Below, one piece after another: positions 45,204 to 55,259 of a stretch of DNA of 64,000 nucleotides. The notes below the pieces were generated by a model. The model saw only the letters and a program-made list of their open reading frames with translations. It searched no databases and was not told the DNA's origin. Numbering within the stretch: the first letter of the stretch is position 1; each line of letters starts with the position of its first letter. The position numbers and the translations under genes were made by a program. Origin of the DNA: Polyangiales bacterium (lineage in GTDB: Bacteria; Myxococcota_A; Polyangia; Polyangiales; Houyiibacteriaceae); assembly GCA_045106895.1 (NCBI GenBank), contig JBGCFM010000039.1, positions 128,001 to 192,000 of the forward strand, given 5' to 3'.

Positions 45204-47246
45204 CTATTCCGCGGACTCCGACTCCACCTGACGAACCAGCGCCTCGCGAAGCGGTCGAAACCCGGTGATCGGCGTCGTGACATTGCCGCGGATACGTCCT
45301 TCGAGAACCTCGATGGGCACCGGCGGCGTCAGCTCGTACCGGTAGCCACGGGAGGTGATACGAAAGTCGTGACCGCGCACCTTTCGCCGATAACGAACGG
45401 TGATCTGCCCATGTCGGACGAAGCTCCGATGGCGCAATACAAACGAGGCCAGACGCACCGCCAGGTGGTTGAAGAGCCGGTGGCATCCGTGGCTCGAGCC
45501 GTTCGTCATCGAGCGGTAACTGACGGATCCATGCACGCGAATGCCCTGGTCGTAAAAACGAGGTTGCGAGTCGGGTGACTCGGGGTCCGCCGATGGGTCG
45601 CGCGGTGGAAGAACGCGGTGATGCATCAACATCGCGAGGCCATACGCCGAGCGATACCCAGGCCCGAAGAGCCCGTAGTTGGGCACCATACGGCCGTTCG
45701 CGCGGCGCAGAAGATCATCGTCCGGCGTGCTCGGAGGCGGAAGCCACGCAGGCGCCGCGATGACGTCGCGCCAGACACGCTCGCCCACGTACGAGAGCTT
45801 GTACTTCAGACCCGTACCGCCGGACGCGTTCCGTTCCGGCTTCCAGCCGCCGATGGTCGTCGGCCATCGAACGAGGGCCACGTCCTGGCCTTCGTGGCGT
45901 GTGTAGAGCGTCAACACCGGGCGCTGCTCTACGCTCTCCGGCAAACGGCGCCCTTCCCGCGTATACGGAAAACGATAGTAGACGTCGCCCCGCGCGATCT
46001 CCGCGCGAAGCTCCATCTCCCCAGAGTAGTAGTCCGGTCGCGGCGGGAGCCGAATCGCCACACGCCCATGACCTCGCTCGCGAATCGCGCGGAGCTGCTC
46101 AAGGGCCGCGCTTGGGCTCGTCAGACCAAGCGCGCGCGCCGCCGCTTCCGTCGCCGGCGCCACCAGGTCTTGCGCGGGGTTGTCTGCCGCCGGCTGCCCT
46201 GCGTCGAAGCGAAACTCGTCCGCGTCCAGCGGCATGCCCAGAACATCTTTCCACATACGCGCCGCGGACCCATCTTCGATGAGCCCCGTCGCGTCGATGA
46301 CTCGCTCGCGCAACGCTCGTAGCGTCGCCGCGAAATCTTCCGTACGGCTCTCAAGCTGAAGAGAGCGACGCGTCGCTTCGTCGAGAGCGCCGCCGGAAAC
46401 GATGAGGTGACGTCGCTGGTACTTCGCGAGAGGCCCCGCCGTTCGCCAATCGAAGACGCCGCGCTCATAGCGATGGCTGCCCCCGACGAGACCGTCGCAG
46501 AGCAGGTGGTCCTGCACCGCTTCGATGGCCGCAACGACCTTTCCGACGCGAAGAAGTTTGGCGTAGTGGGGGCCCCAGCGTTCGTGCTCAGCCAGGCCGC
46601 TCATATCGGTGAGCCCTTCTTCCTCGGCAGCCCGCGCGAGACGTACTCTCAGGTAACGCACTGTCCGCAAGCGCTCGCGCTGCTGGTCAGCAGTGGGCAC
46701 CCAAGGCCTCAACGTGTAGCTCAGCTCTTCGATGGGCGTGTTGTCCACGGCGGAATGACAGGCGTGACGTTCGTCTTCCGAGAGCCGCTCGATGAGCACG
46801 CGAAACGTCGGTGTGATGCCAAAGAGCTCGACGAAACGCTCATGGTCCAGTGAGTCGGGGACCTCATCGAGGCGCTCGTCGGCCAACGCCAAATACACCG
46901 GCCGGTACGGCTGCTGTCCTATCTCGCCGAGGGATGCGTCCTCAGAGAAGAGGTACGGCGCCCACTCATCGCGGAGGTCGAGGACGCTCAGTTCCCCGAG
47001 CGCCTCTTCGCAAACCTCCCCCGCGAGCGCACCATCCTCATAGATTGGCAGCGGCGCATCACACGTGATGGCCGGTGGCTCCGGCACCTCCGGCTCAGGT
47101 TCCGTCGGCTCATCCGGCACCACTTCGGCGGCGGGCTCTTCGTCGGGAACCTCCTCGGGGTCCACTCGCGCCTCCGGCTCCGCTTGGCCACACGCAAAAG
47201 CCATCCAACAAGCCATGCAACAGGCTATCCAACGTAGGGCGCTCAT
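45204..47246 (-). CDS. L,D-transpeptidase family lipoprotein with peptidoglycan-binding domain
   Basis: Lipobox AFAC; GVFDWRT...YQRRH..GALDEATR PG-binding motif; catalytic IRVHGS...SHGCHRL. Confidence 0.85.
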   Translation of the reverse strand: MSALRWIACCMACWMAFACGQAEPEARVDPEEVPDEEPAAEVVPDEPTEPEPEVPEPPAITCDAPLPIYEDGALAGEVCEEALGELSVLDLRDEWAPYLFSEDASLGEIGQQPYRPVYLALADERLDEVPDSLDHERFVELFGITPTFRVLIERLSEDERHACHSAVDNTPIEELSYTLRPWVPTADQQRERLRTVRYLRVRLARAAEEEGLTDMSGLAEHERWGPHYAKLLRVGKVVAAIEAVQDHLLCDGLVGGSHRYERGVFDWRTAGPLAKYQRRHLIVSGGALDEATRRSLQLESRTEDFAATLRALRERVIDATGLIEDGSAARMWKDVLGMPLDADEFRFDAGQPAADNPAQDLVAPATEAAARALGLTSPSAALEQLRAIRERGHGRVAIRLPPRPDYYSGEMELRAEIARGDVYYRFPYTREGRRLPESVEQRPVLTLYTRHEGQDVALVRWPTTIGGWKPERNASGGTGLKYKLSYVGERVWRDVIAAPAWLPPPSTPDDDLLRRANGRMVPNYGLFGPGYRSAYGLAMLMHHRVLPPRDPSADPESPDSQPRFYDQGIRVHGSVSYRSMTNGSSHGCHRLFNHLAVRLASFVLRHRSFVRHGQITVRYRRKVRGHDFRITSRGYRYELTPPVPIEVLEGRIRGNVTTPITGFRPLREALVRQVESESAE

Positions 47247-47364
47247 GATCCGCTTCACAACGAGGAGGGTATCACCCTGCCTTTCTCGAGGGAGGCTAGG
47301 CAGACTAGGGACAATCGATGGCGCCAGGAAATAAACCCGCGCCGGCGCCCGTACCAAGTCCAGC

Positions 47365-48276
47365 ATGAAGGCCCCCGGCAAGCGAACACGACGCGCACTT
47401 CTCTTTGTCGCCCTCTTAGGCGTCGTGGGGGCGACGGTCCTCTATGCCACCCGGCTCTCCTGGGGCCCCGGCATGATCATCACCGCTCCAAGTCCAGCGT
47501 ATGCAACCGCCGCCCTCCCCAGCGGGGTCCGTCGGGCCCTTGAAATCGAACGAGACGAAGCACGCGTCCGCGCGTGGCTCATCGAGCCCACGTCGGTGCC
47601 CCGCGGCACGCTTCTCATGCTCCATGGAATCCGTAGCTCCAAAGCCGCGCTCCTTCCGGCCGCGCAGCGCCACGCCGAACGAGGGTTTCGCGTCGTCGCC
47701 GTGGATTCACGCGGCCACGGCGAATCCTCCGGCCCTTTCCTCACCTACGGCGTCAAAGAAGCCCAAGACCTGCGCGCCATCACCAGCGCCCTTGAAGGCG
47801 AAGCTCTCCTCACCCCGCCACTCATCGTGCTGGGCACCTCGTACGGCGCCGCCACGGCGATCCAATACGCCGCACTGGACGAGCGCGTCGATCTGACCAT
47901 CGCCGTTGCCCCCTTTGCTTCCCTCGAAGATGTGGTCCCGGCGTACATCGACTGGATCCTGGGCCCCCTCGCCGCCCTCGTACCTTCTAGTATTGCGCGT
48001 GAGGTCCTCGACGAATGTGAACGTGTCGCCGACTTCGACCCCGCGCGCGCGTCCCCGCTAGACGCCGCGACGAGAATCCAAGGACCCGTTCGTATTCTCC
48101 ATAGCCAGGACGACGAACGAATCCCCGTGGAGCACGCAAGGCGCATCGCGCGCGCGCTCACGGACGGCGAGCTCATTGAGATCCGCGGAGCCTCGCATAC
48201 CGAAACAGCGGGGGCGCCGGCCGTGCAAGACGCCATCGACTCTTGGCTCGAGGAGGCCGCGCTTCGCGCCCCCTAG
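47365..48276 (+). CDS. Alpha/beta hydrolase
   Basis: LHG, DSRGHGES, GTSYG nucleophile elbow, DERIP, GASH. Confidence 0.9.
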   Translation: MKAPGKRTRRALLFVALLGVVGATVLYATRLSWGPGMIITAPSPAYATAALPSGVRRALEIERDEARVRAWLIEPTSVPRGTLLMLHGIRSSKAALLPAAQRHAERGFRVVAVDSRGHGESSGPFLTYGVKEAQDLRAITSALEGEALLTPPLIVLGTSYGAATAIQYAALDERVDLTIAVAPFASLEDVVPAYIDWILGPLAALVPSSIAREVLDECERVADFDPARASPLDAATRIQGPVRILHSQDDERIPVEHARRIARALTDGELIEIRGASHTETAGAPAVQDAIDSWLEEAALRAP

Positions 48277-48324
48277 GCCCTTGAGGTGGTTCACACCCAC
48301 TGCAAAACACCGTATTCTCAACAC

Positions 48325-48915
48325 ATGAGCACTCGCGGATCGACCGGGGCGTCTATTCCGCAAATGAAGGCCAGCCACATGCAGAGCAACGTCGTGTGCC
48401 TTGCGCTTCTCGGCGAGGCGAAAGAAGCCGAGGTACGGGCGGCATGTTCGGAGATCATCGCCGAGATCGACGCATCGATTCGCTCCACCTGGCTGCCCGT
48501 CGAACTCGACGTCGTGCTCACGCAAGCCGTCGAAGACATCTGCGGCGCTGAGGCCACGGAAGAATGGGCCCGCCAGGCCGTCTACCAGTCGGCGAAGGGT
48601 CCACTCATGGGCCCCATCATTGGCGGTCTGACACGACTCGGCCTTGGCCCACGTCACGGTCTCCGGCGTGTTCCCGCGGTGTGGAACCTCATTTACCGCA
48701 ACTGCGGATCGATGTCTTGTGAAGCGGACCCCGGCGTGGCTTCTCTTGTTCTGAAGTCTCCGACGCCAAAAATGAACGACACCTACCTGCGCGGCATTGG
48801 CGCCGCCTTCGAGGGTCTCATTCTCATCCTTGGGTCCACGGTGACCGAGTCCACGGCCAAGATCGAAGCCGGCGAAGTGCGATACCGAGTGCGGTGGTCA
48901 CGCCCGAACCATTAG
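48325..48915 (+). CDS. Myxobacterial-type hypothetical protein (DUF2378/V4R-like fold, tentative)
   Basis: STWLPVE, PAVWNLIYRNCG, YRVRW end; start uncertain (48325 or 48364). Confidence 0.6.
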   Translation: MSTRGSTGASIPQMKASHMQSNVVCLALLGEAKEAEVRAACSEIIAEIDASIRSTWLPVELDVVLTQAVEDICGAEATEEWARQAVYQSAKGPLMGPIIGGLTRLGLGPRHGLRRVPAVWNLIYRNCGSMSCEADPGVASLVLKSPTPKMNDTYLRGIGAAFEGLILILGSTVTESTAKIEAGEVRYRVRWSRPNH

Positions 48916-48919
48916 TGCG

Positions 48920-49585
48920 TCACAGCCAGCGCGCCGTCCCCTTCGCCAGGGCCGCCTGCCCGCCTTCTTCGACGACCTCTCCGTGGCCCACGATGAGGCG
49001 CTCAAACGGCAACTCGTTGAGCGCACGCATCGACGCCCCGGCGGCTTCTTTGTCTTTGACGAAAGACTTCCACAGACGGCTCTGGCCCACGTCTCCGAGT
49101 GTTCCTGCGACCACTTTGAACACGAACCAGCTACGCCAGTTGTGGGCGCGCCGCACGTTGAAGAGCAAGTCCGTCACCACCAGGGTCTTCGTCGCTTCGT
49201 CGTGGAGGACGAACTCCGAGATCACCGCGCTGCCTTCCACGGCGTGTACCTTGCAGCCATCTCCAAGCTCGAGTCCTGGCTCCAGGAACTCGTCGATGGG
49301 CACCTCCGGTTTCTTTTCTCGGAGGCCCTCCGGGGCGAGCACGCGGGACCCTGGAAAGAGCTCCTGGGCGCGAGCGACGTGCGCGTAGTGAAAGAGATTC
49401 GGCGCGACGATGGTCCGAACCGGTCCCAGGTCGCCAATGGACACGGCGAGCTCTTCGTCGATGGCCACAGGCGCCCAGAGGGTGATGCCCTCATCCGTAC
49501 GGCGCACGACCATACGAACCGGAAAGATTGAGCCGAACATCGACTCCACGTGCCAAAGGTTGGGAGCCAGCGGGATGAGTTCCAT
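48920..49585 (-). CDS. DUF4336 family (metallo-beta-lactamase-like) protein
   Basis: RMVVRR, LGPVRTIVAPNLFH, TLVVTDLLFN, RLIVGHG. Confidence 0.85.
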   Translation of the reverse strand: MELIPLAPNLWHVESMFGSIFPVRMVVRRTDEGITLWAPVAIDEELAVSIGDLGPVRTIVAPNLFHYAHVARAQELFPGSRVLAPEGLREKKPEVPIDEFLEPGLELGDGCKVHAVEGSAVISEFVLHDEATKTLVVTDLLFNVRRAHNWRSWFVFKVVAGTLGDVGQSRLWKSFVKDKEAAGASMRALNELPFERLIVGHGEVVEEGGQAALAKGTARWL

Positions 49586-49590
49586 GGACT

Positions 49591-49634
49591 TAGTCAAGCA
49601 CCGTTGACTATTATACGTCAAGCAAACTTGACTA
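49591..49634. promoter_or_regulatory. Two palindromic operators (GTCAA-N6-TTGAC), probable MarR boxes, flanking a minus-strand TATAAT
   Basis: TAGTCAAGCACCGTTGACTA (49591-49610) and GTCAAGCAAACTTGAC (49617-49632); ATTATA at 49610-49615. Confidence 0.75.
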
Positions 49635-49655
49635 CTTTCCGCTATTCTCCGCGAG

Positions 49656-50141
49656 GTGAAAGAAGAACCGAACCCGAAGAATGCGACGTTTCAGGCCGAT
49701 CTCGAACGCGCAAAACGTCGAAGTACCGCGCATCTGCTTCTCAAAGTCGCGCGTCTCGTCAATGAAGACGCCATCGCCACTCTTCCGCCCACGCTCACAA
49801 GCGGCTTCCGGCCTCGACCCGCGCACATGGCGCTCTTCCCGCACATCGACCTCGAGGGAACTCGGCAGTCCATCCTCGCGGAGCGCGTCGGCATCACCAA
49901 ACAAGCCGTCGGACAGCTCGTTGACGACCTTGAGGCAGGAGGGGTCCTCGCGCGTGTCCCAGACCCCGATGACCGCCGCGCCAAACGCGTGGTCTTCACC
50001 GACAAAGGTCGTCAGGGAATGCTTGCGGGGCTCGAACATCTCCGCAGCGTTGAACGGAGGCTCACCAAAGCCGTGGGTCGCGACACCATGGTGCAGCTAA
50101 AAAGCGCGCTCCTCAGTCTCCACGATCACTTGGCGGATTAG
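49656..50141 (+). CDS. MarR family transcriptional regulator
   Basis: LAERVGITKQAVGQLVDDLE..G...RVPDPDDRRAKRVVFTDKG. Confidence 0.93.
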   Translation: MKEEPNPKNATFQADLERAKRRSTAHLLLKVARLVNEDAIATLPPTLTSGFRPRPAHMALFPHIDLEGTRQSILAERVGITKQAVGQLVDDLEAGGVLARVPDPDDRRAKRVVFTDKGRQGMLAGLEHLRSVERRLTKAVGRDTMVQLKSALLSLHDHLAD

Positions 50142-51960
50142 ACGGAACGAGCGCTCGCGCTTCCTTGCGTTCGTTCGCTTTCCGGTTCTCTAGATTCACC
50201 TTTACGCCAGCGGCGATCATCGTGATGCAGCCACCGACCAGGAGCCAAGGACTCGCCGCGGGCCACGCCAAGGATGCGACGACGATCATTACCCACGGCG
50301 CGGCGAAGGGTCTCGCGCGGGTGTCGATGGCGACGGCGCCAAACGACGAGGCCGTTGCGAAGAGCACAAGAAGCCACGCGCTCAGCTGCTCGTAGTCCGC
50401 GTTCTGTACAAGTGCCAAGCCGTTGAGTGCGCAGGCCGCCGCACTCACCACACCCCAGCTCCCGACGGTCGCGCGGTTGTGTTGCGTACGCATCCAGCGT
50501 TTGCGCGTCGCAAACCCGCCGCCGAACGCGATAAGCGCCGCCAGGGAGAGACCGAACATCGAGAAGTGAATATTGTGGGTCAGCGCGCCGACGATCCAAA
50601 GGATCACCCAAAGGGAGCCGCCAAACAAAACCACGTAGCGGCGAAAGTCGACCTCCACGCCCTTGTCCGACTGATGCACCAACGCGGCGAGGCGTGAAGT
50701 CTCCGCTGCGGCCTTCTCCGCGGCTTCTTCCACGAGGAGCGTAAGGTCCTCCGGCGCGTCCGTCGTCGACGCGAGGAGTTGGCCTGCCACCGCGGGCAAG
50801 CCCCGCTTCAGTGCATGATGAACCCGCGCACGGAGGAGCGCCTCTTCGCCCTTTCGCGCTTCGCGGTTGTCCGGCCATTCTTCGAGAGCCGCTCGAAACA
50901 AGACAGCCGCCTCCGTCGACGAATACTCCGCGGCTTCAACATCGCCATCGGCGCGTGCCTGCGCTGCCACCTCCGCTCGTCGCAGCGCGCGATCCACAAG
51001 CTGATGACTCCCACGCTCCCGAAGGAAGCCTTCGAGGTGCCGGCGGAAGAGCTCCGCGGACTCCGTGCGTTCGTGCAGCGAGGGTTTAAGCGCGCCGGCG
51101 AGCAAGCGGGCGAGCTCCTTCGGGATCGTGCCCTTCGGCAGATTGGGCTCACGCCCCTCCTCCGAAGCGCTCCAAGGCGGCGTCCCGTAGGCCGCGTGCC
51201 AGAGGCTCGCCGCGAGCAGGTACACATCCGTCTTTGGGCCGAGGTCCTCGCCGAGCCCAACGATCTGTTCCGGCGCCATGTACGCCTGAGTTCCAGCGAT
51301 CTCCCGCGACGGCACCCGCGGCAAAAACTCTTCGTCTTCCTCGAAGGAGGCGGCCAACCCCCAGTCCAGCAGGTACACCTCTCCGAAGGACCCGATCATC
51401 ACGTTCGACGGCTTGATGTCGCGATGCATGATCCCACGCTTGTGCGCGAAGGAGAGCGCGCGCGTCAGCTGAAGCGCCACGCGGATATGCCACTCCAACG
51501 CCTCGCCTTCGTGGATCTCTTCTAAGAGAGAAGGTTCGCGAATAAAGTCCAGCCACGAGCGCCCTTCGATCCTCTTGAGCACAAGCTGCGGAAGCCCCCG
51601 CGCGTCGAAGACGAGGTCGTGCACAGGCACGATATTCGGATGCTCGAGAGCCCCAGTGACGTACGCTTCACGAATCAGAACGTCGGAGTCATCTTCGTCC
51701 GCCAAGAGCTGCTTGACGGCAACGTCGCGCCGCAAGGAGCGCTGAACCCCGGCTAAAATCGCGGCCTGTCCGCCACGCCCAAGTTCGGCGCCGAGCTCCA
51801 GCCCCTTGTTGTGAGGCTCCATGGACATCGGAATCCCGGACCGCTGCGAAGGCGTGGTGAGACCTGGCCTGAGCCGGCTCGTCAGGTCCCGCTCCGTAGG
51901 CTTCACGGCCGGCCGGGAGCGGTACGTAAGCTCAGGATCTATCTCGTTCGAGTCGGACAT
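50113..51960 (-). CDS. Eukaryote-like Ser/Thr protein kinase with C-terminal multi-TM domain
   Basis: LGRGGQA, VAVK, HPNIV, HRDIKPSN, DWG, GTQAYMAPEQ; about 6 TM helices at the C-terminus. Confidence 0.92.
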   Translation of the reverse strand: MSDSNEIDPELTYRSRPAVKPTERDLTSRLRPGLTTPSQRSGIPMSMEPHNKGLELGAELGRGGQAAILAGVQRSLRRDVAVKQLLADEDDSDVLIREAYVTGALEHPNIVPVHDLVFDARGLPQLVLKRIEGRSWLDFIREPSLLEEIHEGEALEWHIRVALQLTRALSFAHKRGIMHRDIKPSNVMIGSFGEVYLLDWGLAASFEEDEEFLPRVPSREIAGTQAYMAPEQIVGLGEDLGPKTDVYLLAASLWHAAYGTPPWSASEEGREPNLPKGTIPKELARLLAGALKPSLHERTESAELFRRHLEGFLRERGSHQLVDRALRRAEVAAQARADGDVEAAEYSSTEAAVLFRAALEEWPDNREARKGEEALLRARVHHALKRGLPAVAGQLLASTTDAPEDLTLLVEEAAEKAAAETSRLAALVHQSDKGVEVDFRRYVVLFGGSLWVILWIVGALTHNIHFSMFGLSLAALIAFGGGFATRKRWMRTQHNRATVGSWGVVSAAACALNGLALVQNADYEQLSAWLLVLFATASSFGAVAIDTRARPFAAPWVMIVVASLAWPAASPWLLVGGCITMIAAGVKVNLENRKANERKEARALVPSNPPSDRGD

Positions 51961-52099
51961 AAAGAAGGAACGCGCGGCGCCACCCCAAGCTTACCCCTGT
52001 CCGGCCGCCTCTGTTCGTTTTCTCTTCGCTGGAATGGGCGCGGAGGCGCAGAAAGTGACGGGGGTATTGCGCCACCTGAACATCCGATACTCTGCGCAG

Positions 52100-53590
52100 A
52101 TGCGCGTAACACCCCTCACCTGCCTGCTTTTCGTCATCTTTGCAGGCTGCGGAGTGGGGGAAGACGAGCCCAGCCCGGAGCCCGCGACGGCACTGGAAGA
52201 GCCCCCAGAGCCGTCGAGGGAAGCAGCGCCAAGGGAGCCGGAAGTCGAGACGGCCTACGCCATCCACGAGTGGGGCTTTATCGCGCACCATTACGACGAA
52301 GCCGAAGACGCCCTGATCTCAAGCGGCGCCGTGCCCGCTCCCGTCTATAGGCGCCCCATCAACCTCGACCCGCACCCGACGGGTCGCGGCGGCGGTAAGC
52401 CGGTGATCTACGTCCACCTTCAGGGCGAAGGAAATGTCGCACGCTTCAACGCGTCCCTCTCCACCGCCGGCCGTTTCCTCGAGGAGTGGCCCCACAGTGA
52501 AGGCTCCACGCCGACCCGCCTCACCTGGGACGTCGCAGCCCGCCGTGGAAGTTGTAGCGCCGATGCCCGCTACCCCGTCGCGAACGACGAACACTGCGCC
52601 GGCATCGCGGACGGGTACTGCGAAGCGGCGGAGCTGGCACACTACGAGACCGAAGACAGCGCGTGCCTGACGGTTGCCGGCGACCAATGGAACCACCTCT
52701 TTTACCGCGCGCAGATCCCCGGCGACGTGCCCCTACGCGTGTCCAAAAGCGGCGAGACTTTCACCGTTCACAACTCCGCGCAGCTCCCAGGTCGGCTCAT
52801 GCGCATTCACCGCGAAGACGACGCGGTCAACAGCCGCGTCGTGCTCTTCGACGCCCCTGCCGCCGGCGAGTCCATGGTGGTTCCAGCTGCGGACAGTCCC
52901 GCCCCCCTCGGCGTTGCCGCTCTGGAAGCTGAGCTCAGCGCCCTCGGCATGAGCGCAGACGAAACCGAGGCGTTCATGATCGCGTGGGAAGCCGAGCTCT
53001 TCGGCGACACTTCGCAGCGCACTCAGGTCGAGATGATCGGCTCGCCGCCGCACGACCTCAGGCCCAAAGCCGACTCGCTCCTCTACTTCTTACCCGTTGT
53101 CACCCTCGATGCGATGGTCCCCCTCGCCTTCACGCCGCCGCCGGCAGAAGTCCGCCGCGCCGTCCTCGTTCGCATCGACCTTGGCGAGGCTCGCGTTCCG
53201 TCTCACGGCAGTACCATCAGCGCCGGCACCATCGGTCTTGGCAACCACAGCGGCTACGGGAATGGCGCGCGCAATCGCGTCGTTGTGCGAATGGGCCCCG
53301 TTCGCGTGGAGGGTGAGTTCTCGCAGGAGATCGTTCGGCGCACGATTCGGCGTCGCAATGGCGAGCTTCGTGTGTGCGGCGAAGAACACCTTTCCGCCGG
53401 AAGCGAAGCCGAGGTCACGCTTCAGTTCACCATCACGCCCGAGGGCGCCGTGCAGGGAATCACCACCGCTGGCGGATCCGCGGCCTTGCGCGCGTGCTTT
53501 ACGTCCAACATCGAAGCTTGGACTTTTCCCTACCCGGACATGCGCAGGCTGCAAGTGTCCACGTCGTTCAATCTCACGGCCTCGGAATAG
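52100..53590 (+). CDS. Lipoprotein with YAIHEWG/KPVIY domain and AgmX/PglI C-terminal domain
   Basis: Lipobox FAGC at ATG 52100; paralog of 408-1871 and 53600-55138. Confidence 0.8.
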   Translation: MRVTPLTCLLFVIFAGCGVGEDEPSPEPATALEEPPEPSREAAPREPEVETAYAIHEWGFIAHHYDEAEDALISSGAVPAPVYRRPINLDPHPTGRGGGKPVIYVHLQGEGNVARFNASLSTAGRFLEEWPHSEGSTPTRLTWDVAARRGSCSADARYPVANDEHCAGIADGYCEAAELAHYETEDSACLTVAGDQWNHLFYRAQIPGDVPLRVSKSGETFTVHNSAQLPGRLMRIHREDDAVNSRVVLFDAPAAGESMVVPAADSPAPLGVAALEAELSALGMSADETEAFMIAWEAELFGDTSQRTQVEMIGSPPHDLRPKADSLLYFLPVVTLDAMVPLAFTPPPAEVRRAVLVRIDLGEARVPSHGSTISAGTIGLGNHSGYGNGARNRVVVRMGPVRVEGEFSQEIVRRTIRRRNGELRVCGEEHLSAGSEAEVTLQFTITPEGAVQGITTAGGSAALRACFTSNIEAWTFPYPDMRRLQVSTSFNLTASE

Positions 53591-53599
53591 GTTCAGAAT

Positions 53600-55138
53600 A
53601 TGCGGACAACACTCACCTGCCTGCTTCTCGCGTCGATGGCCTGCGGAGGCGAAGAAAACCAAGGCGCCCCAGCCGACGAAACAACCGAGACCCAAGAGCC
53701 CCAACAAGCCGTCGAAGCGAACGCCCCCGAAGTCGAGACAGCGTACGCGATCCACGAGTGGGGTTTCATCGCGCAACACTACGCAGCGGGCGAGGACGAG
53801 CTCCTGACGAGCCGCACCGTCCCTTCGCCCGAAATCGTACGCTTGCTGGGAGTCGGCGACCGATCCTACGGCTTCGGCGGGAAGCCTGTGATCTACGTGC
53901 ACCTCCAAGGGGAGAGCACCAACGTCCGCTTCCGTGCGTCCCTCTCCACCGCCGGGCGCTTCGTCGAAGAGTGGCCCCACAGCGAAGGTTCCACGCCGAC
54001 GCGCCTCAGCTGGGACGTCGAGGCCCGCCGGGGAAGCTGCAGCGCCGCCGGCAACTACCCCGTCGCGGCGGACGAACACTGCGGCGGTATCTCGGACCAC
54101 TACTGCGAAGCCGCCGAGCTCGCGAACTACGAAACCGAAGACAGCGCCTGTCTCACCATCGCGGGCAAGCAATGGAACCACCTCTTCTACCGCGCGGAGG
54201 TCAGCGGCGCGGTGCCCCTCCGCGTCTCCAAGAGCGATGACACCTTCACGGTGCATAGCTCCGCGGCCCTCCCGGGCCGGCTCATGCGCATCCAACGCAC
54301 GGACGACGCCTCGGGCACCCACGTCGCCCTCTTTGACGCCCCGGCGGCCGGCGAGTCGCGAACTCTTCCCTCGACGGACATGCCCGCCTCCGTCGGCATC
54401 GCTGCGCTGCAAGCCGAGTTGAGCGCTTTGGGCATGAGCGAAGACGAGACCAACGCCTTCATGACGGCGTGGCAACCCGAGCTCTTCGGCGACACACCCG
54501 AGCGGACTCAAGTCGAAATGGTCGGCAGGCCGCCACTGGCGCTCCAGCCCAAAGCCGACGCGCTGATCTACTTCTTGCCCATGGCGACGCTCGACGCGAT
54601 GGTCCCCCTCGACTTCACGCCGCCTCCCGCGGAAGTCCGGCGTGCCGTCCTCGTGCGCATCGACCTCGGTACAGCGACGCCCGCGCACGGCCTCGGAGCC
54701 TTCGACCTCGGCGAGAGCGACCACGGCACGAATGGAACGCAGGGAATCGGCCTGGGCAACCTAGGCCACATCGGCCCATCCAGCCCCGCAAACCCAAACT
54801 ACCGTCCGCCCTCCTCCATGGTTCGTGTTCGGCAACGAAGCCTCGACGTCGAAGGCGAGTATTCGGCGGCAGTGGCGCGCCGCATCATCCGCCGTCACAT
54901 CAACGAGGTGCGCTTGTGTGGCGATCAACATCTTGAGGGCGCCGGCACTGAAGCGAACATCGAGCTCAGCTTCGACATCAGCGCGACCGGAGCCGTGCGG
55001 GACGCACGGGTGACAGGCGGGCCCAGCGCGCTCAACGGATGCCTCGGTGCGGCTGCGCGTCGCTGGACGTTTCCAAGCCCCGAATCGGCTGCCGTCCGCG
55101 TCACCGCCCCGCTGCACTTCGAACTCTACGCCCCCTAA
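53600..55138 (+). CDS. Lipoprotein with YAIHEWG/KPVIY domain and AgmX/PglI C-terminal domain (tandem duplicate)
   Basis: Lipobox SMAC; long near-identical blocks with the upstream gene. Confidence 0.8.
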   Translation: MRTTLTCLLLASMACGGEENQGAPADETTETQEPQQAVEANAPEVETAYAIHEWGFIAQHYAAGEDELLTSRTVPSPEIVRLLGVGDRSYGFGGKPVIYVHLQGESTNVRFRASLSTAGRFVEEWPHSEGSTPTRLSWDVEARRGSCSAAGNYPVAADEHCGGISDHYCEAAELANYETEDSACLTIAGKQWNHLFYRAEVSGAVPLRVSKSDDTFTVHSSAALPGRLMRIQRTDDASGTHVALFDAPAAGESRTLPSTDMPASVGIAALQAELSALGMSEDETNAFMTAWQPELFGDTPERTQVEMVGRPPLALQPKADALIYFLPMATLDAMVPLDFTPPPAEVRRAVLVRIDLGTATPAHGLGAFDLGESDHGTNGTQGIGLGNLGHIGPSSPANPNYRPPSSMVRVRQRSLDVEGEYSAAVARRIIRRHINEVRLCGDQHLEGAGTEANIELSFDISATGAVRDARVTGGPSALNGCLGAAARRWTFPSPESAAVRVTAPLHFELYAP

Positions 55139-55259
55139 GGCGTACGAAGCCCAGAAGCAGACAGGCCGCCGCTGAATCCCCAACGACGGAGCCCCACACC
55201 CGGCGATGAGGCGAGGGCGTTTTTGTGCAGCGGTGGGCAGGATCTGACAAGATACGCAT

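Noticed and set aside
53090..54724. 544-aa minus-strand ORF
   Set aside because: Antisense shadow of the HEWG lipoprotein pair.
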